A stretch of 64,000 nucleotides of DNA from Amphiscolops sp. MND2022 (Eukaryota), in the NCBI GenBank assembly GCA_964187785.1, contig OZ076409.1:48796001-48860000 (forward strand), written 5' to 3'. Under the pieces are notes generated by a model. The model was not told the origin of the DNA and did no database searches. It worked only from the letters and a program-made list of their open reading frames with translations. The translations under genes were made by a program, and so were the position numbers. Shown here one piece after another: positions 1 through 10,600 of the stretch (position 1 is its first letter; each line of letters starts with the position of its first letter).

Positions 1-319
1 GCAACTCAGCCAATCGGCTCTGCATTTCTTTGTTCACTGTTGAGAAGATCTCGGGTATCTGCGGTTGATACTTGACTTTGATCGCATTTTCGACTGCCTT
101 AATGAGCCGATTCCTCCTGTTTATGGCATCTGTTCGACTTAGCAGTAAATCTGCTATCTGCTTGTCGTCAACATTGCTAGTTAGGTTCTCATCAATTTCT
201 TTAACAGTCTTACCGTGTTCAACAGCTGCATTCCAATAACTCAACGTTTGGGCTTTGTCAGCAGAGTTCTTCAGAAAGTTTTCGATTTTGTTGATATCGA
301 ACCGTTTTGGTTCTGCCAT
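1..319 (-). CDS. N-terminus of a putative Gag/ORF1 protein (3'-partial, 106 codons visible)
   Basis: Manual translation: MAEPKRFDINKIENFLKNSADKAQTLSYWNAAVEHGKTVKEIDENLTSNVDDKQIADLLLSRTDAINRRNRLIKAVENAIKVKYQPQIPEIFSTVNKEMQSRLAEL..., with no stop before the window edge. An in-frame TGA lies shortly upstream of the ATG (341-343). Charged, helical-looking composition. The Gag call rests on position downstream of LTR and PBS only. Confidence 0.7.
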   Translation of the reverse strand, partial: MAEPKRFDINKIENFLKNSADKAQTLSYWNAAVEHGKTVKEIDENLTSNVDDKQIADLLLSRTDAINRRNRLIKAVENAIKVKYQPQIPEIFSTVNKEMQSRLAEL

Positions 320-358
320 CTCTTCTCTTGTCGATTGAACTCAGTTCCCAAAGTCACA

Positions 359-550
359 ATAGCCCAATCTCCCAGAGACACCGTAGCCCAATCTCCCAGA
401 GACACAAAAGCCCAATCTCCCGGAGACACAGTAGCCCAATCTCCCAGAGACACGGTAGCCCAATCTCCCAGAGACACAGTAGCCCAATCTCCCAGAGACA
501 CAGTAGTCCAATCTCCCAGAGACACAGTAGCCCAAACTCCCAGAGACACA
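359..550. repeat. 24-bp minisatellite, 8 copies (GTAGCCCAATCTCCCAGAGACACA)
   Basis: Directly visible tandem copies with 0-3 substitutions each; it explains the repetitive ORFs in several frames at 215-736. Confidence 0.97.
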
Positions 551-592
551 TTAGAGACTCCAAGATCCAGACACTTGTTCTTCTTGGGCAAT

Positions 593-695
593 CTTCTCAG
601 TTGTCCACCAACGAGTCGTCTTCTTCTAGTCCGGGTCGTCCACCAACGAGTTGTCCGGGTCGGCGGACCAACGAGTTGTCCGGGTCGGCGGACCA
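593..695 (-). promoter_or_regulatory. Primer-binding site (tRNA-Tyr-like) in a tandem array of four TGGT-led units
   Basis: Minus strand: TGGTCCGCCGACCCGGACAACTCGT twice (695-671, 670-646), then TGGTGGACGACCCGGACTAGAAGAAGACGACTCGT (645-611), then TGGTGGACAACTGAGAAG (610-593). The first unit starts 2 nt after ...GTTACA and resembles the tRNA-Tyr PBS TGGTCCTTCGAGCCGGA. Confidence 0.65.
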
Positions 696-697
696 AA

Positions 698-1617
698 TGT
701 AACGGCTGCTTGCCCTTATCCTGCGCTGAGGCTTGACAAGCTTTACGCCGCCCTGATCCGTTGCTTAGTGCTGTGGACCGTCACTAAACAATTGCTGGTT
801 TTCGTGTTTTAAAGGACTGTATCTTTTGACTGGTGGGTCCGATGTGACCCGTGGAATCTCCAGCGATTCCTCTTGCACTGAATTGGACCCGATGTGATCC
901 TGCACACACTTCCCTCACGGTATCTTCACGCGCTCCGGCTCTCCGACTATGAGAGTAGCTACTTGGTCGCTCTGACTCCAGCGAAAAGTTGTGAAGATTG
1001 AGAAGTTGATTAATTAGTCTCTTGGTCCTGAGACCCAACTTGACTATAGCTATTCAGTGGAAAAAATCTCTATCTAATAATGGTATAAATCTGGTTTACA
1101 ATTTTACAGTAAATATAGAACAAATATCAGTTGAAACATGTGGTATAAATAAATGACATTTAAAGCATAAAATGAAGTTATTGGCTATGTAAACAAAGCA
1201 CATGGTGGTTTTGGCTTGTTGGTCAGGTGGGTTAGAAAGTATGTTTACACTATGTAAATATCATTAATTTCAACAGAGTTACATTCTAATGTGGTCATAT
1301 AGGTAAATAACAAAGTTTACATTTTTGTCTCAATGACCTTGAATACTACACATGTGAGGGGTAAAGGGGGTTATAATGGGTGGATGATCTTGAAACTTGG
1401 CTGGTGTGTTTGTGTTTTGTATTTGCATATGGGTGCCAAGTTTCGTGGCTCTAGGATTAGTATTCTTGGAAAAAACCCATTTGGGGGGGGTTTCCATTTT
1501 TGTCACACTTGATATTTCTTCAAAATTTCTTCTGAGTTTTTAGGAGTTTAAGTTCTTGTATCTCAACCAGCATGTTCTGAATCGAGTTTCTTTGCCTTTT
1601 GATGACTGGCGCCAACA
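698..1617 (-). repeat. Putative 5' LTR (920 bp, possibly including an internal insertion)
   Basis: Minus strand starts TGTTGGCG exactly where the 84-bp satellite is cut (1617/1618) and ends GCCGTTACA next to the PBS. The second LTR is outside the window, so the outer boundary is unconfirmed. Confidence 0.55.
1055..1511. mobile_element. Possible decayed non-autonomous DNA element inside the LTR
   Basis: AT-rich block with weak inverted ends (CAGTGGAAAAAA / TTTTTGTCACACTTG), a possible TATT duplication, and a GATCTTGAAACTTGG...TGCCAAGTTTCGTGGCTCTAGG segment of a type common in invertebrate non-autonomous repeats. Confidence 0.25.
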
Positions 1618-3716
1618 GTACTGTATATTGGAAGATAGATCGAATATAAAACATATACGACCCTGTTCATCGAATCTTATCTACTTTAGACCTATATTGT
1701 GGTGCTGTATATTGAAAGACTGATCGCTTATAAAAGCAATACCATCGTGTTAATTGAGTCTTAGCTACATTAATCCTTTAGTATGGTACTGTAAAATGAA
1801 ATATAGATCGAATATGAGTCCTATACAACTTTGTTCATTAAATCGTAGCTACTTTAGAGCTATATTATGGTACTATATATTGAAAGATCGATCGAATATA
1901 AAACCTATACGATGGTGTTAACTGAATCTTGGCTACTTTAGACCTATAGTTTTGTACTCTATATTGAAAGATAGATCAAATACAAGTTCTTTACAGCTGT
2001 GTTCAATGAATCCTAGCTACTTTAATCCTATAGTATGGTACTGTGAAAAGAAAGATAGATCGAATATGAGTCCTATAAAACTTTGTTCATAAAATCTTAG
2101 CTACTTTAGACCTTTAGTATGGTACTGTATATTGAAAGATTTATAGAATAGAAAACCTATACAAACGTGGTAATTGAATCTTAGCTACTTTAGACCTATG
2201 GTTTTGTACTGTATATTGAAAGATAAATCGAATATAAGTACTTTACAGCTGTGTTCATTGAATCTTAGCTACTTTAGTCCTATTGTATGGTACTGTAATA
2301 TGAAAGACAGATCAAAGATAACTCCTATACAACTGGGTTCTTTAAATCTTAGCTACTTTAGAACTAAATTTTAGTACTGTATATTGAAAAATTGATCGAA
2401 AATAAAAGCTATACGAACGTGGTAATAGAATCTTAGCTACTTTAGACACCTATAGTCTTGTACTGTATATTGAAAGATAGATCGATAAGATAGATCGATA
2501 GTATAAGTCCTATCCGAAAGTTTGCATCGAATCTTAGCTACCTTAGACGTATAGTATTGTACTCTATATTGAATGATAGATCCAATATATGTCCTATACG
2601 TCTATGTTCATTGAAACTTAGCTACTTTAGACTTTCATTATGGTACTGTATATTGAAAGATTGATCGAATATAAAACCTATACGATCGTGTTAATTGAAT
2701 CTTTGCTACTTTAAACCTACAAAATGGGACTGTATATCGAAAGAATTATCAAATATAAGTCCTATACGACCGTTTTTATTGAATCTTACCTTTCTGTACT
2801 CTATATAGAATTAAAGATCCAATATACGTCCTATACGTCTATGTTCATCGAATCTTAGCTACTTTAGACTTCTTTTATGGTACTGTATATTGAAATAATG
2901 ATCGAATATAAAAGCTATACGAACGTGTTAATTGAATCTCAGCTACTTTAGACCTATAGTTTTGTACTAAATTTTGAAAGATAGATCGAATATAAGTCCT
3001 ATCCGAAAGTGATCATTGGATCTTAGCTACTTTATAGTATGGAACTGTATATTGAAAGATAGATCAAGTATAAGTCTTACACGGCCATGTTCATCGAAAA
3101 TTAGCTACATTACATCTATAATTTGGTGATGTATTTTGAAAGATATATCAAACGTAAGTCCTCTACGGCTGTGATCATTGAATCGTAGCTACTTTAGAGC
3201 TATAGTATGGTACTGTATATGGAAAGGTTGATCAAATATGAAACCCATACGATTGTTTTCACCTAATATCTACTTTAGACCTATATTATGGTACTGTATA
3301 TTGAACGATTGATCGAATATCAAAGCTATACGATCGTGTTAATTGAATCTTAGCTACTTTAGACCTATAGTACTGTACTGTATAATGAAGATAGATCGAA
3401 TACAAGTCCTATACGAAAGTGTTCATCGAATCTCAGCTACTTTAAAATATAGAACCGTTTATTGAACATTAGCTCGAATGTATGTCCAATACTACCGTGC
3501 TCATCTAATCCTAATTACTTTCGAAGTATTTGATAATTAGGATTGTAATTAGATAGTGTAGTAATGTATTTTGAAAGACAGATCAAATATAAGTCCTATA
3601 CGACCGTGTTCATTGAATGTTAGCAACTTTAAACCTATAATATGGTACTGTATATTGAAAGATAGATCAAACATAAGTCCTATACAGCTGTGTTTATAGA
3701 ATCTCAGTTACTTTAG
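1618..3716 (+). repeat. 84-bp satellite, left copy (about 25 diverged units)
   Basis: CTGTATATTG-like anchor at 1621, 1705 and 1789 (period 84). Approximate consensus TAGTATGGTACTGTATATTGAAAGATAGATCGAATATAAGTCCTATACGACCGTGTTCATTGAATCTTAGCTACTTTAGACCTA. Confidence 0.95.
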
Positions 3717-6700
3717 TATTGACTGCATAGCTCACATGAAAACCGTCTGAAATGGTCAAAATCCGAATTATTGAATCAAAAAAGTCAAGTCATCGTGAAA
3801 GGACTGTCAGTATAAAAACACTTTTGTGGAAAAAGTGGTTCAATTGATTCATTCAAAAAATGACGTGCTTCGATTACGCCCAATTTGAAAAGAATCTGGA
3901 ATTATGCTCGGCAAACAAATTAATTTTGACAGCGTTTTTCTTTAGAAAAGAGCGACTATAGTCATGGTTTTCCAAAAATAGTTCTTGTAAAATTTCTTCA
4001 ATTTTTGTGAAGTCCCTTTGGACAATGTACATCCTGCATTTGAAATGTAAAGGAGTCTCCTTCGTCAAGCACACAACAGGATTTACGGCCAACCGGTTAT
4101 AACGGTTTCCGGATTTAACGTGTATTGGAAATGCATTCCCAAGATATTCAGAGTTTATACAAATTCAACTGAGGAATCCCCCTCTGGTTTTTTTAGCACT
4201 GTGAGACCTTATTATTTTCAATATATTCAAACAGCTGTTATATCTTCAATTATTTATCATTCTTCGGGCTGTTTTGACTCTGTGCGTTTTTTTTCCGAAA
4301 CTTTCATTTGATAAAAGGGTATGTTCCTGCTTTCCTATCTGTTTTCGGATTGAGGAAAGTAGTTTCTAAGCTGAAAGTTCCTTTTTCGGCACTATGACAC
4401 TTTCCCGAAAAAAAAATCGAAATAATATTCAAAAAACATCTTTTGTAATTCCAGTTGGGGAAACTGTGGTTTCCGAGCCTTATGTGTAGTCTTTGGGGTA
4501 TTTTTTGGCACTGAGGTTTGAATTGACTTTGTATTTATCTGCTAATCAATGAAAAGAAACGCAAGCTAAAACAAAACATATACAATCATCAATTAACAGA
4601 TTGTTAAAAGAGATATTTTTTCACAACAACAAGATATCCAATTCGATCTGGATTGATTCAGTATTTGAAGAAACAAAATTCAGAATTACAGCTTGATGAT
4701 CCTGTCAAAGTGCTGTATCTTTTATAAGTTCCATTCCAACCCGTTCTCTTCCAAAGTTCTGTTCAACGTTTTTCAGGTTTTCCTGGAAGGAGTGGGGTTT
4801 GTCTTGTCTCTGATTGGCCGTTTGGGTGAATGGTATCCGGTAAAGGGAACTGATCTGTCAATCTCTGATTGCCATCATGCATAAAATCAACAACAGCACA
4901 GAATTTAAATATTTCAAATTTTGCTCGAGGAATGAAAAAAACTTCAGGTTCGAAAAGTGTTCCTCGCTTTCGTATTGCTCACGTCTTCATTTTGTTCAAG
5001 AGATCCAACTTTTGTTTTGCTTTCAATTATCGGTCATTTCGTCTTCCAAATTGGAAACGTTTTGATTAAATTTCTAAAAATTAAGGTACATCAAAAAGAA
5101 TTCTACTCAGAGATTCCTTTAAAAATTAATCTCGGAAAAACAATTATTCTGTGTGAACAAACACTGTGATTCTTCAAAACTAAAAAGTTTCTTACTACAA
5201 AAAGTACTTTCTAAAGTTGTGAAATACTCTTCAACAAAATGTTCAAAACAATAATCATATCAATTCCGATTAAGAGACAGTTTTCACTTCCATCAGAGCC
5301 TTCACTGTTTTTCAATCAAATTATTTTAAAAAGTTTTCACTGGTTCATTTCTCATGTTTGTTCAAAACATTCAAGGCATGTCAATTATTCATAGGGTAAA
5401 ATTGATACCATGAAGGTAAAAAAGTGTTCATGAGTCATGTTATTTAATTTTTGAAAAAAAGGGTCACCTTATTATAGGTTGAGTACAAAATCATAATCTG
5501 AAAGATATATTTCTTAAGAAACGAGTGAAAAATATGGAATCTACTTTATTTTTTCAATTTCTTTTTCAATAAGTGTCGATACGTTTATTTTCTCATGTTT
5601 TTGTAAGAGCAAACAAGTTTTAGCCAAATGATAAACGAAATATTATTTTTCTGCAAAAATGTTAGGAAAGTGTGTTCTAAAATACATTGTTTGTTTTTTT
5701 CTTCCAATTTTCATTCAGAGAGCGGGAAGAACGTGTTTGGAGGATTGTCTGAATGTCACACGGGATTAAGGTTTTGTTGGGACACTGGTGTTGATTCTAC
5801 AGTCCTGTGCGTATAGCAACCGTTTTCAGTCCAAGTCAAAACTTCACTCAGAGGGCTAAATCTTTTAAACAGTAGTGAAAACATGTATAGGACATTTTAC
5901 ATCAAACGGAATCAAAGCCCTTATGAATTCGTACTGCATTTTCTCAAGGGTTGTTTACGAGCTCAGGCGATGGTGGGATTGACAAACCAGGAAAGTCTCT
6001 GGACAGTTCGGACGCTCCTCAGAAATGAATTCAGTTAAAACATTTTTTTTTTCGATTTTTCCTTCAACATTTTCCCTGGTGCAGATATAGTCATTGTCAG
6101 TTTTCTTTGAAAAGTCTGCAGCGAATGTTTTATTCAAGGTCTGGTTGGAGTAGTCGGTTGCGCGAAACATTGCTTTGGTACTAGTTGCACGGGTAAATGG
6201 TGGTTCGAACCCGGTGACGACGTTCACGGGTTATGGAATAGATACCACTGTGATTGTTGATGTCTTCAACTCCCCTCCTGTTCAGGGAGATTGCAATAGT
6301 CTTCAAAGCAATATTCTCTCCCCCAACATTACTCGCGCAGCATGTCTATTCTAAACAGACTTTTTAAAATAAAATTTCATCCATCAAAAACATCCTGCAA
6401 ATTTGAAGACTGTAAAACGCTTGCTCAACAGTTTGAAATAGTGTCGCGGCTTGAAAAGGCAAAACGTAATAAACGTTAGGTTTTTCGAAATTGCTTTATC
6501 AAAATTACTGTTATTTTTGTTCTTTTCATACTCAACGTTGTCTACGTTCTTTTCATATCATTGTCGTCATACTTCATAGCATATCATCAGTCCAATCTTG
6601 CAAAATGTTGCCAATTTGTAGACTTTGGTGAAGCCTAGACAACAGCTGTTTGTACAACTCTACAACAGTAATCTTGAGATGCATCAAAGCATCTACGTCT

Positions 6701-7351
6701 TTGTAATTTTGGACCATTGAATATTCGGGTGTGTCACTTGCAAAAGTTGTAACTCTCTTTTTCATTTTCAATTTTGTTTGTGCTTTGGAATCAAGCAAAT
6801 ATTATCCACGTTTAACATTCGATGAAAGCACACATGTAGAAAAAATACATTTTTCTTGTTGAAAGATCAATTCGCCAAAAAAGTAGTTTTTGCACAAATA
6901 CTATCAAAGATTTAGGATATGCTGAGGTTCAAACCTGGATAACGGCAGTTCCCACTGAAAGGAGATAAGGCAAGAGAAATGGGTTTTGTGCTATGGGCTA
7001 CCTTGTCACTGGAAAAAGTGCCTTCTTTCAAACTCCGCTGTTGCTTGGCACAATGGAAAAGACCGCTCCAGTTTCGTTGGAGCATCAGTTTTGTCAACGA
7101 AAAAAGTCTAGTACCGGTGGAGGAGTCATTTTGTACTCGACACACGCTGCGTGTTTTTTACGTTTGGTTACGTCATCTTCGTGTCGAATCTATTACGTAA
7201 CGTTTGGGAAGAAAGTTATCGCGAACGTTACGTAGGAAATTCGACACGAAGATTGAATGCATGCGACTGTCTCTGGCAAGACTTTCAGAGTCGCTGCTCA
7301 TGTTTCGAATTTCAATTTGATTTGTATGTTGGAATTAAGCAAATGTTTTTC
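1618..7351. repeat. Left arm of a giant inverted repeat
   Basis: Reverse complement of 7699-~13091. Mirrored ORFs include 4120..4311(+) / 10735..10926(-), 6574..6798(-) / 8252..8476(+) and 6979..7200(+) / 7850..8071(-). Confidence 0.97.
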
Positions 7352-7428
7352 TTCTTCTGTTCTTTCTTTGAAAGACATTCGTGAAAAACATTTGCTTAAT
7401 TCCAACATACAAATCAAATTGAAATTCG

Positions 7429-7628
7429 NNNNNNNNNNNNNNNNNNNNNNNNNNNNNNNNNNNNNNNNNNNNNNNNNNNNNNNNNNNNNNNNNNNNNNNN
7501 NNNNNNNNNNNNNNNNNNNNNNNNNNNNNNNNNNNNNNNNNNNNNNNNNNNNNNNNNNNNNNNNNNNNNNNNNNNNNNNNNNNNNNNNNNNNNNNNNNNN
7601 NNNNNNNNNNNNNNNNNNNNNNNNNNNN
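7429..7628. other. 200-N scaffold gap at the palindrome apex
   Basis: Run of 200 N. 7313-7428 is repeated in the same orientation at 7629-7744 (116 bp, one mismatch). Confidence 0.98.
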
Positions 7629-7698
7629 CAATTTGATTTGTATGTTGGAATAAAGCAAATGTTTTTCTTCTTCTGTTCTTTCTTTGAAAGACATTCGT

Positions 7699-10600
7699 GA
7701 AAAACATTTGCTTAATTCCAACATACAAATCAAATTGAAATTCGAAACATGAGCAGCGACTCTGAGAGTCTTGCCAGAGACAGTCGCATGCATTCAATCT
7801 TCGTGTCGAATGTCCCACGTAACGTTCACGATAACTTTCTTCCCAAACGTTACGTAATAGATTTGACACGAAGATGACGTAACCAAACGTAAAAAACACG
7901 CAGCGTGTGTCGAGTACAAAATGACTCCTCCACCGGTACTAGACTTTTTTCGTTGACAAAACTGATGCTCCAACGAAATTGGAGCGGTCTTTTCCATCGT
8001 GCCAAGCAACAGCGGAGTTTGAAAGAAGGCACTTTTTCCAGTGACAAGGTAGCCCATAGCACAAAACCCATTTCTCTTGCCTTATCTCCTTTCAGTGGGA
8101 ACTGCCGTTATCCAGGTTTGAACCTCAGCATATCCTAAATCTTTGATAGTATTTGTGCAAAAACTACTTTTTTGGCGAATTGATCTTTCAACAAGAAAAA
8201 TGTATTTTTTCTACATGTGTGCTTTCATCGAATGTTAAACGTGGATAATATTTGCTTGATTCCAAAGCACAAACAAAATTGAAAATGAAAAAGAGAGTAA
8301 CAACTTTTGCAAGTGACACACCCAAAAATTCAATGGTTCAAAATGACAAAGACGTAGATGCTTTGATGCATCTCAAGATTACTGTTGTAGAGTTGTACAA
8401 ACAGCTGTTGTCTAGGCTTGACCAAAGTCTACAAATTGGCAACATTTTGCAAGATTGGACTGATGATATGCTATGAAGTATGACGACAATGATATGAAAA
8501 GAACGTAGACAACGTTGAGTATGAAAAGAACAAAAATAACAGTAATTTCGATAAAGCAATTTCAAAAAACCTAACGTTTATTACGTTTTGCCTTTTCAAG
8601 CCGCGACACTATTTCAAACTGTTGAGCAAGCGTTTTACAGTCTTCAAACTTTCAGGATGTTTTTGATGGATGAAATTTTATTTTAAAAAGTCGGTTCAGA
8701 GTAGACATGCTGCGCGAGTAATGTTGGAGGAGAGAATATTGCTTTGAAGACTATTGCAATCTCCCTGAACAGGAGGGGGTTGAAGACATCAACAATCACA
8801 GTGGTATCTATTCCATAACCCGTGAACGCCGTCACCGGGTTCAAACCGCCATATACCCGTGCAACTAGTACCAAAGCAATCTTTCGCGCAACCGACTACT
8901 CCAACCAGACCTTGAATAAAACATTCGCTGCAGCCTTTTCAAAGAAAACTGACAATGACTATATCTGCACCGGGGAAAATGTTGAAGGAAAATTCGAAAA
9001 AAAAATGTTTTAACTGAATTCATTTCTGAGGAGCGTTCGAAATGTCCAGAGACTTTCCTGGTCTGTCAATCCCACCATCGCCTGAGCTCGTAAACAACCC
9101 TTGAGAAAATGCAGTACGAATTCATAAGGGCTTGGATTTCGTTTCATGTAAAATGTCCTATACATGTTTTCACTACTGTTTAAAAGATTTAGCCCTCTGA
9201 GTGAAATTTTGACTTGGACTGAAAACGGTTGCTATACGCACACTACTGTAGAATCAAAACCAGTGTCCCAACAAAACCTTAATCCCGTGTGACATTCAGA
9301 CAATCCTCCAAACACGTTCTTCCCGCTCTCCGAATGAAAATTGGAAGAAAAAAACAAACAATGTATTTTAGAACACACTTTCCTAACATTTTTGCAGAAA
9401 AATAATATTTCGTTTATCATTTGGCTAAAACTTGTTTGCTCTTACAAAAACATGAGAAAATAAACGTATCGACACATATAGAAAAAGAAATTGAAAAAAT
9501 AAAGTAGATTCCATATTTTTCACTCGTTTCTTAAGAAATATATCTTTCAGATTATGATTTTGTACTCAACCTATAATAAAGTGATACTTTTTTTCAAAAA
9601 TTAAATAACATGACTCATGAACACTTTTTTACCTTCATGGTATCAATTTTACCCTATGAATAATTGACATGCCTTGAATGTTTTGAATAAACATGTGAAA
9701 TGAACCAGTGAAAACTTTTTAAAATAATTTGATTGAAAAACAGTGAAGGCTCTGATGAAAGTGAAAACTGTCTCTTAATCGGAATTGATATGATTATTGT
9801 TTTGAACATTTTGATGAAGAGTATTTCACAACTTTGGAAAGTACTTATTGTAGTAAGAAACTTTTTAGTTTTAAGAATCACAGTGATTGTTCACACAGAA
9901 TAATTCTTTTTCCGAGATTAATTTTTAAAGGAATCTCTGAGTAGAATTCTTTTTGATGTACCTTAATTTTTAGAAATTTAATCAAAACGTTTGCAATTTG
10001 GAAGACGAAATGACCGATAATTGAAAACAAAACAAAAGTTGGATCTCTTGAACAAAATGAAGACGTGAGCAATACGAAAGCGAGGAACACTTTTCGAATC
10101 TGAAGTTTTTTTCATTCCTCGAGCAAAATTTGAAATAATTAAATTCTGTGCTGTTGTTGATTTTATGCATGATGGCAACCAGAGATTGACAGATCAGTTC
10201 CCTTTACCGGATACCATTCACCTAAACGGCCAATCAGAGACAAGACAAACCCCACTCCTTCCAGGAAAACCTGAAAGACGTTGAACAGAACTTTGGAAGA
10301 GAACGGGTTGGAATGGAACTTATAAAAGATATAGTACTTTGAAAGGATCATCAAGCTGTAATTCTGAATTTTGTTTCTTCAAATACTGAATCAGTCCAAA
10401 TCGAATTGGATATCTTGTTGTTGTGAAAAAATATCTCTTTTAACAATCTGTTAATTGATGATTGTATATGTTTTGTTTTAGCTTGCGTTTCTTTTCATTG
10501 ATTAGCAGATAAATACAAAGTCAATTCAAACCTCAGTGCCAAAAAATACCCCAAAGACTACACATAAGGCTCGGAAACCACAGTTTCCCCAACTGGAATT

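Larger units (their letters stand above)
1..1617 (-). mobile_element. 5' portion of an LTR retrotransposon (BEL/Pao- or Gypsy-like), continuing beyond the left window edge
   Basis: Minus-strand order: TGT-starting LTR candidate (1617) ... GTTACA (698), TT, TGGTCCGCCGACCCGGA PBS-like motif, repeat-containing leader, then an ATG-initiated ORF at 319. No pol domains lie in the window, so the superfamily is unresolved. Confidence 0.7.

Noticed and set aside
359..695. CRISPR-like appearance of the short repeats
   Set aside because: Units are contiguous without unique spacers of constant length, there are no cas genes, and the context is a eukaryotic retroelement.
215..736. ORFs of 131-173 aa with TVAQSPRD, SLGDWATV or SPISQRHS repeats
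   Set aside because: They come from a 24-bp minisatellite open in most frames; the credible ORF starts at 319 on the minus strand.
1278..1283. GTTACA as an alternative LTR outer end (586-bp LTR with TGTAAC termini)
   Set aside because: Possible, but it has no compositional or repeat boundary; 1617 coincides exactly with the satellite breakpoint. The second LTR is needed to settle it.
1607..1617. TGGCGCCAACA as a plus-strand tRNA-Lys PBS
   Set aside because: Only a short match, no upstream LTR ending in CA, and it is followed by satellite; better explained as the minus-strand LTR start.
7257..7899. ORFs spanning the N gap
   Set aside because: Artefacts of translating through 200 N.
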